Shown: in pieces, positions 40,196 to 53,900 of the stretch
How positions within the stretch are numbered: the stretch's first letter is position 1
Layout: every line of letters begins with the position of its first letter
Origin: Haliotis cracherodii
Lineage: Eukaryota
Direction: 5' to 3'
NCBI RefSeq assembly: GCF_022045235.1
Contig: NW_027266341.1
Span: forward strand, 19,654,001 to 19,718,000
Length of the DNA: 64,000 nucleotides
Translations under genes and position numbers: made by a program
The notes under the pieces: model-generated
What the model was told of the DNA's origin: nothing
The model's input: the letters and a program-made list of their open reading frames with translations, nothing else
The model's database searches: none

Positions 40196-40596
40196 GCACG
40201 CATGTCAGCTTAATGTCGAACGAAAACCTGAAGTCATGCAGGTCTCAAGCGTTTACCCACAGAGTTCACAGACTGCCACCCTCATCCCAAGTAGAATCAT
40301 CTCTGATGACAAAGCCTTGAGTGAGTGAGTGAGCGAGTGAGTTGGGTTTAACGCTGCTTTTAACAGTATTCCAGTTATATCACGGCGTGTCAGCTTCATG
40401 TGGGGGGAAAGCCCAAAGTGATGCTGGTCTCAAGCGTTTACCACTTCGGTGAAACCCACGAGCACGGGTATGGTGTTGACAAACCAAGAAACATAATCGG
40501 GTGAACCGGGAATCGAACCCATGATTATAGGTTTCCGGTGTGACCAAGGGATGCAACGCAGACAGCGAATTACGGCGCCTTAGACGACTGGGCCAA
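40196..40596 (-). mobile_element. SINE family C copy (40318-40596) preceded by a partial copy (about 40196-40258)
   Basis: Reverse-complement consensus; the block gtcagctt...tgcaggtctcaagcgtttacc is present twice. Confidence 0.82.
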
Positions 40597-40836
40597 GTAC
40601 ATACAGAACAATGCAAGACAAAAGAGTAATATTGTTTATTTCTGTACTCACATTTCCCCATCCAGACGATGCCAACATAGCCCAACATGATAAATACTCA
40701 TTCTTGCAACAAAATAATCACACATAAAGCACCTGAAGTCTGTAAATATATGCAGTAAGTATGGCTGAAGGGGTCGATGTCATACCGGGTACTTGAGAGG
40801 ACTGCCCAGGGTACCTACCTACCAACATACAAATAT

Positions 40837-41012
40837 GTAAGAGGCGACTTATGGATCAGGTGGTCAGGCTCGCTAACTTGGTTGATGCATATAATCGTAT
40901 CCCAATTGCGTCGATCGATTCTCAAGAAGTCAATCACTCCAGAATCAATTGTTTACAGACCGCCATCATATAGATAGAATACTGCAGAGTGTTGGGTTAA
41001 ACATCAAACAAA
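40837..41012 (+). mobile_element. SINE family B copy (5'-truncated)
   Basis: Runs gtaagaggcgact...ggtggtcaggctcgct...gttaaacatcaaacaa. Confidence 0.75.
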
Positions 41013-42074
41013 AACGCACCCTCACCAAAATCGCAACACAGAAAAATACCCTAAACACCGAGTCCAAAATTTTGTAATGTAAAGCATCAAGCTGCACAAA
41101 GATTGTTGTAAATGTGATGACTGTGACGTTGATATTAAATCAGCTCCATTGCTAGGTAAGGTCAATTTCCAGCTGAGGTAAATTTATTTATTGGATTCAT
41201 GCTAGGGTACATTTTTGTATTCAAAAAATTTCCTGGGGTACATTTCTGTGGTACCCTTAGACTAACGCTTAGTCTCTGAAAATGTATAATTTTGATAGAA
41301 ACAAGCAACTACATATATACTAGCATTAACAGGTGCCCCTGTGAGACGGGAGAATCAGTGCCTGTGGAATACCTAGACTTTGTTAAGGGCCGTAGCATTA
41401 CAGTGAGGGCTGGTCGGGAGGGAAATAGTATGGTTCAAGGACCAAGAGGCAGACTAAAGACACCCCACATGACCCCAGCATAAGTAACAGCAGCTTCAGC
41501 TAAACAAATATATTCACCAAAATATCCTTGAGAACTGTTCAAAATGTCAGTGCTGTATCTGACCTCAGTACCCCTGATTCTTCACTACAATGCACACAGT
41601 GAGTGAGAAACAATCACAGACTATCATGGCTAACGCCCAGAACGGTGAGTGTCCTTAGGGAAAGTGTACACGCAAACAAACCACAATTTTAGAATAAGTT
41701 AATATCAGTGTTTGAAAATATACACTCATTATTCTCACAGTGAAAGTAAGAAGCTCACAATATATGTGAAAATCTTATGCCGTAATGAGGCCTTCGTTTT
41801 CGAGCTAAACAGACCTGAGTTATCCCCCTTAGATTCTGACATTATTTGTGCCACTTTGACCATGTTGACTGGGTCCCATTGTCTGATACTGAAGATCAAA
41901 GTTACCTTAACCCATCAAAATAGAACTCTTGGTAAATGTGAAAAATATGAACCAATTTAATGAATAAAATAAATTAGATACTTGTGATATTTGTATTGTT
42001 TTGGCTATGAAACTACTAGGTTGATACTTATCATAATGAAAAAGTACAAGAAAAATAGGTTTATTTACGTGACA

Positions 42075-42153
42075 ACTTGCCACTTTTCCATGTGGGGAAT
42101 CAATCCCAGATCGTAAAGACCAAACGTTTGGACCACCATGCTACCAAACCACC
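42075..42153 (-). mobile_element. SINE family A head fragment (degraded)
   Basis: ccatgtggggaatcaatccc...accaccatgctacc. Confidence 0.5.
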
Positions 42154-43762
42154 ACAAGTAGTGATGATATTTTAACACACACAAATTTGGAAATACTCAA
42201 GTGAAGCACTTTCTATGGCAAATACAGCACATTAGCCAATACAGTTGCCTGAATCCTAGTTTGTGCTTGCTTGCACAAGAATCTGAATTACACATTAAAA
42301 TATACTACACAAAAGAAGTTAAGGACCACCTGATTCTTTTATATCACTACAGTATTCTGTTATGCCATGATTATGTCATACTACTATAGTTAATCTATAA
42401 TGCCATGAAAGAATAACCATAATAATATGAAAGAATTGGGTGGTACTTACCGGCAACTACTTTTGAGTGGTATCTATTGTATGACTGTTTACAGTCAAAG
42501 CCATTCTCTGTATGAAAATTATATACAGGGCTGTTTGAAAGGGAAAAAAAGGCCTACAATTTCAGACTCCTGTGGCTAAAGTGTCTGAAATATCATTATA
42601 CAGTTTTCATGGTATTCTTGTTTTTTATCTATATTTCACCTCCGTTAAAAAATGCCTCTGTCTGTCATGTACTGTGCAAAGGTTTCAGAAGAGTTCTCAA
42701 GTTATTTTTTCAATATTCTAAAGACCTCCGTACATATTTTGTACATTTTCCATTGTTCGAGATATCTGGAATAAATTGAATAACATTTCATATTTTCAAC
42801 ACTGTACAAATTGAGCATTTACAGCAACATACTTGAATGATGAAAAAAAAACCATTTGTGATGTAACCTTTGATTGTGACAGTTTCATGTTACCATGGAT
42901 ACAAGTGAATAACAGAGCAAACAGTCAATCTTAGATATAACCAAGTCAATTCAAAAATTGTTACACAATAATAATTTCTAAGAGCAATTTCTCAGCTCAA
43001 AAATTCAGCTGAATATTGGAGAGAAAAAATCACAAGTAAATATACAAGAAATTCTTGAAATTTATCTATTGCCACATGTGATGAAAGCTAAGATTATATC
43101 CACAAGTATAAAAATGAGTTTTTCTCTTTGACTCATATATTTATATTTGATGTTGGTTATATATTGAATTTGACTTTGTTATTTCCAAATTTGAAGGAAT
43201 ATGTAAGAAATGTGCATACTTACATAGTGTGATATACAATGTTACACAAACAAACGTGGATATACCATGTGTTGAATATAAAAAAAGTACTTGTATTTGT
43301 AAATTTCATCCACTGCATCAGTGATATAAAAAGAAATGTCGGAAAAATTGAGTTTTGATATTGAGTTTGATATATACCGGTATTTCTCATTCACATCAAC
43401 ATGTCAATAAACACAACCAATCAGTATGAACCCAGGGAAGCAGAATCAGCAGTACAGTTTAATGAACACTGAAAAACTATCAGATGCAAAAATACTTCAA
43501 ATATTCTTCATGCCAATATGGCTTACATACAGTCAGTCATTCATTCTCGCAATGAACTGGCACGCCAATTAAAAAATAACCTTACAATATTAAAAATTGC
43601 ATAAATACGGAGGATACAGTTTATATAATACAGTTATCTAGAAATATCAACTTTAAATATGGGAAAGTCTTTAATATACATGTGTTCTCATTAAAGGTTG
43701 AGGACCACATGATTCTTTCATTATACTTTAGGTGATCGGTCATGCAATGACACAATAACTGC

Positions 43763-44252
43763 ATCTTCCCAAGGCAAGAGAGTTAACTGACATAAAAAGT
43801 CCAGTTTCCACCCTTGCCAAACTAGGCTGGAATTACTGGGTCCTATGGATCAATCAGATTCCACCTCTCGGATCACTTGCGTTTGCTTTACACAAAATTG
43901 TGGTGCCGAGTCAGGACGATCTGATCGATAATCAAGATCTATATTGTGATAAAACGGGTCTTACATCGCAAAATGCATCAAATCACGTGGGCACCTTGAT
44001 TAAAAACGGGAAAAGTTTTGGAAAATATCTGCTGACAGCGAGTTGGCAGTGCCCATGCTTGGCAAATCCTGCATTCAACCGAAAACTGCACGACAGTTTA
44101 CGAACCGGATTTCGATTTCGGTACGCGATTTTGATTGGACTATGCATAGACTCTTTAGCCCAGCCAAAATGTAACTCCATAATACCAGCCTAGTTCGGCA
44201 AGGGTGGGAACTGGATTTTTATAGTCAGTTAACACTCTTGCCTCGGGAAGAT
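43763..44252. mobile_element. MITE with about 75-bp imperfect TIRs
   Basis: atcttcccaaggcaagagagttaactgac...ccttgccaaactaggctgg is mirrored by ccagcctagttcggcaagg...gtcagttaacactcttgcctcgggaagat. Confidence 0.85.
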
Positions 44253-44806
44253 ATAATAACGACAGTAATATAAAATAATCGGGTCGTCCTCCACTTTTTT
44301 AATAGTATACAATACAACTCTTATGTACTTATATACACTTTGAAAAATGTTAGGGAATTCTAAATCAAGTATCTCAGGTCCAACTTTCGTACTTGGCTAA
44401 CTACAGAACACTTCCAAAAAAATATATCAGAAATTAGCATCCAGTAGTAAAGGGGTTTCATAGAGAAGAGATGTCATGATTATACTGAAGGATCTCGTAA
44501 CATAGAGCAAAGACTTTGTCATATAACAAGGACAACAAGGAAGTAAATAAGAAAACAAAAACAACAAAGAATGCAAGAACATAACATTATGTACAGATGT
44601 GATGACCAACCAAAAGAGGATTTCTGTTGAAAATCCACCCATTGAAACTGACATTTTAAGCAAAATCATTAACAGAAATAGTTTTTAAAATGCATGTTTT
44701 CCATGAACACAAGTCATAAAAATGAAATTTTGGTTCTGTAGAAGCTGCCCACATGACATTCACTGCAGAGTAGATGCAACGAAAGCAAAAGGCAAGGGAG
44801 ACAACT

Positions 44807-44922
44807 CTATTCTGACTTGGGTTTACTGTTGATCCTCCAGGCACCTAGAATGTACCGAAGACGTATAAGAAGCAGGTCGCGACCCATCTGCAGCCAGCTC
44901 CAGATTGGAACCATTTTTGATC
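44807..44922 (-). CDS. ALG5: ALG5 exon 10 (coding part, stop)
   Basis: Encodes GSKMVPIWSWLQMGRDLLLIRLRYILGAWRINSKPKSE followed by TAG at 44809-44807. Confidence 0.95.
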
Positions 44923-47900
44923 CTGGAAAACACAAATTAACACTTAATGTTCCTCATCAATGCTCATATAGTTTGTTATTGCTATGCCCAAATATGTCTG
45001 ACAAATTTGTTCTTAAAAATAACTTTGTATTCATGACTCACTTGTGTATATATCAACTTGTTCTTGTCGCTATATGGCTGAAATAATGCTGATGCAACAT
45101 TAAGTTTAGCTCACTCACTCACTCACTCACTCATAGAGATTATCATTAATTTGAAAGTTTAGTGTCATTATATAAATTAGATATGAATTATCACTTGCTT
45201 GATAACGGTGTTAGAACCTATACCAAAACATTGCTCTTAATTGTAATAAAGAAGTTGTTCATCCATAAATTCTTATCCTTGCTTAATAAATTAGACGTGT
45301 CAAGAACTGAATGGTCTGCCTTCATCATGCTCATTGTACATTTAACCATGGTAATGTTTATAAATGTTTACATTTCTGTGTCAGTAACTTATTAAATTAG
45401 AATAAATATTTTAAAAATTATATGCATATTGTGAAATACAGTGACATCCCGATGAAGTGACATGTTGCACAGTGAAACCGTTTTAACAATAAGTCCATAT
45501 ACAATGTGCTATTACATTTACATGGAAGCTCAAGGCGCTTCAATAAACCTGTTAATCAGGACTGAAGCATCCCCAGTGCAATCAGCTGGATTTACAAAAA
45601 TCATTTATAAATGATTCTATACAGTTAGTCGTTCTCAACAGTAATCATTCAGGAGGTGAGTTTCTGGACTAAGAGTGTCTGGATAAACAGGGTTCCACTG
45701 AAGTCTTAAATAAAAACTAACAAGTTTAGGCAGCCATTTTTCGTCTCAAATTAGGGGGGGGGGGGGGGGGGGGGGGGACAGTATTTCTTTATAAAGAGTT
45801 TTTGGCTTTCAAGGACAATGATTAAATATTGTTATGCTGGCTATTAAAAAGTGAGGCCCAAAACATGAATGTCTTAATGCAGTGAAACCTGGTTAGTAAC
45901 GACCCTGTTATTCCAAACCCTACACTTTTTGGACAGTTTAATACTTTACATTTTTGAACATCAAATAGTTCTCAAAGGTCATTTCTTGATAGCGATGATT
46001 CGATAATCTGGACATCTCATTAGAAATAGTACCATTTTTTTATTGAGGGTCTATATTACTATTCGGAGACATAATACAAATAATAGTTTCATTTTTTATT
46101 GATATCTTGGACCGTCTGCTTTTCAGTAGGGGAAGGCCTGTGTATAGGGAAAAATAATCCAAAACATGTGGCCTTGCATGCTAGACAGTAACTCACCATC
46201 AATCTCCTGCCATGCAATGGCTACCTCTCCTAAAGGAATCTTGAAGTGCTGAGCAAGATACAACATATCTACATCAAATGCCCTGAAACAAACAAAAACA
46301 TTTCCAAGCACAACTTACTAAACATGATAAACAGAAGCAATGATATATTTAGATTGTACAATTCTTAGCAAAATTTAAATGTTGTTTACATTCGTATACT
46401 TATCCTGCATTACTCCTTGATGCATTTACTGCTGATCTTTACAGAAAGACGAACTGTGTGAAGTCCAGCTGAAGAAGCAGTTGTTCCAACTAGTTGTGTG
46501 GCTAGCCCCATCACACAACACCCACATGACCATGGTTGGGTCCAATGTCACATTACTGCTCGTCACCCAGACAAACAAGGCCTGTATGATAAAGTGTCCA
46601 GCTTTTTACTGGCATCCTTTTGATTGTTGTTTTGTTCAGCATGTATTGTGAATGCTTCTATGGCATGTGTCTTCACATATTTTCATATATGTTTGCCGTC
46701 ATATCATTTTGCACCTGATGATGGCTACAAGTCACTGTAAAATCATTTGTTGTTCCAATCAGCCATTTTGATTTGCCACGTGGTCACGTTCTCATGTCTC
46801 ATGTCCTTCCTTCTTTTCTTGCAGCTTGGTAATTCATTTATATTGTCTTACCTAAAGCTCCCTGTTTGGCAATTTAAGGGTTTTCACTTTTCTATTGCAT
46901 AATTTCACCCCTTAACCTCCATGTTTTCTGGGTTCAAAATTACTGCCATTTTACCTTGTGTTTTGTACAACTTGTGATTCTGGCTTTAGATGGCACTGAT
47001 GTACAGTTAGGTGATAATGCCTCCCCAGGGGCCAATGGCTTCTTCTATGCCTACGACTTCTGTGATGCTTGCGCTTGACCAAGCACATCCTTCACCGTCA
47101 GCACCTGCACTTGAGCCTCTAAACGCCTCCTTAATGCTTATGTCTGCTGCGCCTCCAGGATTTGGTCTGCCAACCGCTCCACTTGGCTTCCCGCCAGTGC
47201 AGATGCCATTCCAGCAGCTACCACCTCAGACCTTGCAGGCACGGTTTATGGACCCAGCATGGTCTCTAATGTTTCCTAGGGGCGGTCGGATAGCCTAGTG
47301 GTTAAAGCGTTCACTCATCATGCCGAAGACCCGGGTTCGATTCCCGACATGGGCACAATGTGTGAAGCCCATTTCTGGTGTCCCCCGCTGTGATATTGCT
47401 GGAATATTGCTAAAAAGCGGAGTAAAACCATACTCACTCACTCACTCACATGTTTCCTCCACCTGTAGCGCCTGCACTTAGGCTTACACCTCCTCTGCCT
47501 CATGCGCTTACTACGCCTGCACCTCCTGCACTCATCAGTGGCCCATCTACGTCCAAGGCTTTGTCCTTTCAGGTATCGGCATCACCTGGGCATAGCTCAT
47601 AGTTATTTCCATCTAGGTGCCACTCCAGGAGAAGTTTTCCTCCACGCAGATCATATGAATTCCACTCGTTTCAACCGTTTAAAGGTTCTTTTGAGCCCAA
47701 GTAAGGCAAATCTTCCCTTAAGATGGACTCTCATCTAAGCGGGAACCAAGTTCCTGACTGAATGGTTGACGGCTTGGCTGCCGTTACTTCATCACCCAGC
47801 CTGAACATGAATAAACAGGACTCCATTTGCTCCAAGCCTACCTCCATTACGCCTGATCATTGCTGAAGGATCTGGTCTCATAATTGGACAAAGAATTTGT

Positions 47901-50900
47901 GATATTATCTTAATAGTAATGCAGGATAAGTTCAATTAATACCATCCTTGTCATACACAATATTATGGTAAATCTTGACAAAATAAATATGAAATCTGAT
48001 CTGTTAGTTCTTTCAGTATTTGTCACCATTTGTTGTAGCCATGACAACACAAACAATATTATTTCAGAAAACTAAAAATCAATACATCCCAACATAGTCA
48101 GGGTTATGCCCTTTTCCTACATGATATGCTCCACCAATCTCTCATCACTTCTCAATATCCCGATCAAACTGTACACAGCACACTGTAAATCTGGAAATTT
48201 ATGTGCCATGAAATCATTGCGTGCACCAACACCAACCTTAACTGTGTCTGGAAAAGTTAGCTAAACCCTGTTGATGAGATTACCGAAGATCAAATCCATA
48301 CTTTTGCACATGCTACTTTAAAAAGGAAGCGGCGTCATGAAAACTCAAAGTCAGTCAGTGATTTTTTAACTATAGATGCATGTATTGAAGTTGTGTTGGT
48401 GTATGTCTGTACTTCTCAGTGTAATGTAAGAAATTTGACCAGACGTGGCAGGTCAGAGAACTTTCCCGAGTAGGCTATTGACACTGAATGACAATGTGTA
48501 ATTACTTAATATAGGGAAACAGGATTTGAGGCTGGTTGACAATGTGTGGAAGTGACTCCAAGAAATATGCCTTCTTCCGCTTTTTGTTTCTTGTTGGACC
48601 GCGAATATAACTGCGTCATGAAGCTATTGTGAGTGTGTGTCACTTAGTTTTCGCAGTACTTTCCTTCTGATAAAACTTTCGAGATTTACAGCATGTAATC
48701 TTAGGCTCTCAACTCACCATCTTTCTACATGCAAATTTGAGAAAAGCAAAATGGCTGCCTCCCTTGTCATGAGTTTGAAACCACACTGCGTGTCCTTGAC
48801 CCCTCTCACGCACAGAAACCACACCAGGAAGTGAAACCCATACATCAGGAATGTTCGGAATACAGAACGCTGCAAACACAAAAAATCTTCCATGTTTGTT
48901 TCAGCAGTAACCATGTTAACAGCTAAAGCATTACAGGAAATGCACATACTTTAGCCCAGGGCTTAACTAGAAGATAAACATACTGTACTTTATATGTAGA
49001 GCTAACTCCCATATTTTAACATGGACTTACGACAGTCATAGCACTAACATGATTGCAACTCCAACACTTTAACATAGAATAAAAACAGTCGTAGTACGAA
49101 GATGATCGTAACTCCCATACTTTAACAAAGACTTACTACAGTCATAGCACTAACATGATCATAACTCTCATACTTTAACATAGAGTTATGACAGTCATAG
49201 TACTAACATGATCGTAACTCTCATACTTTACGACTTACGACAGTTGCAGCACTGAAATAACTTTGTGGAAAAGGGCTCTGTACTGTTGATGTAACCAGGA
49301 TAAATTTAACTTGGACTGAACATACATACATATCACCTGACGTGGATTCATTGGCTGTACATTCATGTTGTGTTGCGACCGAGTGCAGTATATACTAACT
49401 ATAGAACACAGGGCATTGGGTATACCTAACAAAGGATAAACCGAGAAATGCACCACGCTCTGTTTGAGGTCGTTGTTCACGGTGAGACTGGACCACGTTT
49501 ACGCTAAGCACGGGGTCGTAGCAGCAAAACGTCCAGCATATACCCTTAGGGTGGAGGGAGGACAAATTTGCATTGTCACATCATTTTGAACCCAACCATA
49601 AAGCCAGAAACATGGTATAATATCATCCTGTCTAGAAGGGATATCATCACTGAAAGCAGACATGGTTAAACAAACATCTACGTTTGAGGATTCCACTATT
49701 TTCAATTAAACTTACCTCGGCTATAGAATCTTTTTCCAAATGAGCTCTGGACCCACACACAACACACATATTGTCCTGTAAAACACAATACAAAAACTGC
49801 AAACATAACAAACAAATTGTTAAGCTTGCAAAATGATCTGCAAGCTTCAATAACTTTTACTTTAGAAGCCTGTAGATAAAGCTGTTAATTATCAAGATGC
49901 ATTAAGGGATCATATTTCAAAGTTACCATGGTTACAACAAACATGGGGGTACAGGGGACAGGGAGGGAGTATGGTTTTACGTCAAATGTTAACAATGTTC
50001 CAGCATAATCACAGTGGGTACACCAATAATGGGCTTCACACATTTTGCCCATGTGGGGAATCGAAACCGTGTCTTCAGTGTGACGAGCGAACGCTTTAAC
50101 CACTCGACTACCTCACCACTTCACGTGACATGAAGAGAATGTAACAAATGTTATATCTGGGATAGCACTTTCTCCGTACAGATTCTGTCAGAGTGAGGCA
50201 CCTAATCATCAGCACACAAAGTCAGCTATCTAACCCACTAAGGCTTCCACAAAATGAAAGTTTGACAACTGGTAGTCTCTAGATCACATGGGGCAGTCAG
50301 GTAGCCTAGTGGTTAAAGTGTTCGCTCGTCACGCCGAAGACCCGGGTTCGATTCCTGACATGGGTACAATGTGTGAAGCCCATTTCTGGTGTCCTCCGCC
50401 GTGATATTGCTGGAATATTGCTAAAAGCGGTGTAAAACCATACTCACTCACTCTAGATCACATACTTTGTGTACACCTCTGACAAGTGTAAAATGGATGG
50501 GACTCAAGCCCCAAAGTACTAGAATCTGTTCTTCACTAAGAAAGTGTTATCCCAAATATAACATTGGTTACATTTGACCACTTTCCAAATGGCATTGTGT
50601 GTTCATGAAGAGAGTAGGTTATGGTCAAACACAGGGGAAAATACTTTCTGTGGGGCTGCAGAATCTCTCTTTACAAATCTCCACGTACCTGACCATTTTT
50701 TTTTTTCAATTCCACTTCCAATTTTTTATAGTCACTAAATTTACTTGCACCATCAGCATCAGCAAACAACATCAGTTTGCCTCGACCGACAAATATACCC
50801 TGAAATAAAATAAAATAATTATTTTTAGTCGTTTTTATGTAGTCAGAAAAATAAGCATGGGTCTGTGACCTTTGGAAAATGGAAAACTTGACAACATTCC

Positions 50901-53900
50901 TCAATACTGTCCTTTTTCCAAAGAAAACAGAAAATTTTACAGACATGCGAAACAATTTGCTCAAAAGATTACAGTATTACGGTTTTCTTTCTATTGAATG
51001 TATCAATCAACCATAATAACCCTGGTTGCCCAATATACAGACTTAAGTACGTACCAATCTAATGGCTCCTCCTTTTCCTCTATTCTTCGCTAACGTTAGA
51101 ACTCGCACTTTGTCTACACCATACTTTTCAGAATAGGTTAAAGCTACCTGAAACAGAAAGAAAACAAATCAAGTTTCACATTGATTATAGCTTACAATAC
51201 TATACAATAATATACCAGAAGGAATTCAGAGAGACAAATACTTTTTTTATTCTGTGGCTCCAATCTTACTGCATGCTCAGTTTTCATATTTTTATCAATT
51301 GACTAAACATTCCTCTATATTGTGACCACATTTTAAAAACAACACGTGTATATAGGATATTTTGAATGTTAGTCAATATCAACAAAATGAGCTCATCTGG
51401 AATTCTGGTACTATTGTTAAATCAAAGTTAGGAACACTGACTGAGCTTTATGTATTGCCACAATGTTGGGATTCCAATCTGAGTTTGTTGTGACACACTC
51501 TTGGATACCCTTCCACGCAAAACAAACTCACTCACAAACATGTGTTTCACCATGTACATCACATCACGTTTACATACCTCAGATGTTTTATCTTTGCTGC
51601 CATCATCAACAACAATTATTTCAAAACTGAATGATTGGTTGTTTTGCTGAAAATGAAAAGAAAAATGGTCATGTGTTGTACTTTTGGTATCAAAACTGAG
51701 GTACAAAACATTATTACAAACTCGGGGGGGGGGGGGGGGGGGGGGGGGGGTGCGACTGAAGTGAAGGTACTATTGAAATGAAGACACAAATTCTTCATTT
51801 TCATGGTAAAAGCATATACTATTTGTATATTTAGAAAATAATACCTCAGAAAATTAGAAGTATTGTCTATATTGTACATGTTGTAGCTATGGTAACATGA
51901 GTCATGATCACAAAGTGAGAGATCCTATCATGGTCAAATTATCATCTCTGTTGTACAATTTGTCAACATGTTAGTTCTGCAAATCCTTGAAATGCATGAG
52001 TTGAACTAACACTCACCTGTCTGTCCTCGAGGTACTCCAAGGCCTCATCCATCATACTGGACACTGCAGACACAAACCACAGGATAAGTTTCTTAATTTT
52101 ATTATTTTCTTTAGCATGTTTAACCCTGTAAAGACATGGTTGATATATGTGCTAAAGCAATTGATGTATTCCCAATATAGTCTAGCTATCACACACATTA
52201 TTGGTAGATTGTGGACTCTTGTTGTTATTTAAACTCAATATTGACATTTCTTAAATTCTGATACAAAATACATAATAAAAATGATGAATTTATAAGAGTT
52301 CATTTTTAATATTACATTTTATCATCTATCATTGGTCAATTGGTTTTTCAAACAGAAAGAAAACCTTGATAACAAACAACTCAGTTATCAGCCGGTAATA
52401 TATATTTTTGTTAACTTTCCAGATATTTCACATCAATGTTCTTGCCTTAGTGATGAATGATTATTGAATATTTTCAAACTCATTTTGATGGAACTTGTAA
52501 AGTGAAACAGTATTGCAACTTGTATATTACTAACAAGTGTATTCTGCAATCATGGTACTGACATATATGTACATAAATTCAGGGCTCAATATAAGGGACT
52601 TCATTCAACTTGCACCAGGTGCATTTTGCCATGAACACCTAGTTGCACCAGACAAAATAATGGTGCACTCCTGTCAAATAAATTAATCAAAAATGAACCA
52701 AACATGAATAAACTGAATAATTACATCTCTGTAATTATCTCTGATGACATTGCTGTAAAACGTAATAGGATGTGCACATAATCTTGAAGTACCCAAAGTT
52801 TCATGATGTCACGCTCCAAAATGGATGACAAATTACTAACAACCCAGGGATTAGTGATGTAGCATGGTACATAAGCAGCTAAGCTTAGAGGTATACACTG
52901 TGTTCAAAGTATGGGTTAGTCGGACACAAATTTGAATTTTATTAACATGCACTTGGTGCATGTAGAAATATATATTAGTTTGCACTTTTCAACAATAGGT
53001 TGCACTGGTGCATGTTTTATAGCTAAATTGAGCCCTTATGATGTATAGATTGAATGACTGGATATTTTGATGCATCATATTTTCTCTCACCAAAATCCAC
53101 AACTGATTATGGACAATTAAGATCTATCACATTATCAGTTGAGGTATGTCAGGGTATAATTATACAATCATCTACAGAATCTATAATCAATAATTTTAAC
53201 TCTCTTACATCTCTCCTCTTCATTGTAAGCTGGTACCACAACCGTCAGGTCAACGCTGGGTGGATCATGAATGCTTGGAAATTCACTCTCTGTCTTCCTT
53301 TTGGGGTCATGGAAAAATTTCTCACTCTCATACCTTCCCAAATCAGGATATGCCACAGAGGTGACATATATTATCACTAGACACTGTAAACAATAGGAAT
53401 GATTTCAGATCTATTTCAGACAAGGAACACAAATGATAAAATCATGTGAAAATAATTTATATCACTTTTTACATGGTTCTTCTATATAGCTAAAAAGTTT
53501 ACATCAGCTTATTTCAATCAATAACAAAAATGTTTAAAATAGTGTTAGTGTTGCTAGTTACCAGTTGGATAACTGACAACTTTTGTGCATTCTGGTTTAT
53601 TTATGATGGCTCCACGTCAGCACTTTTACGGAAAGTGGCACTTTTGTAACCACCTGCCTAAGGCAATACTTCCCAGCGGGGAGGTGTTTGCACAGCTTAA
53701 CACTCGAATACATGGGAGTCAAACTGATGCAACAATACTGGTCGTCAACCCTTTAGAAACTTATTCCCTTTAGGGCTCTCAGAATCAACGAATAACAGTG
53801 TCATTTATGGCAAAACTCCACTCCACTTAGTATGCGGCTTCTTGACTTACCAGAGACAAAATAATCAAGGCAGCCACCAAAAGAAAATAAAAAATGCTCA

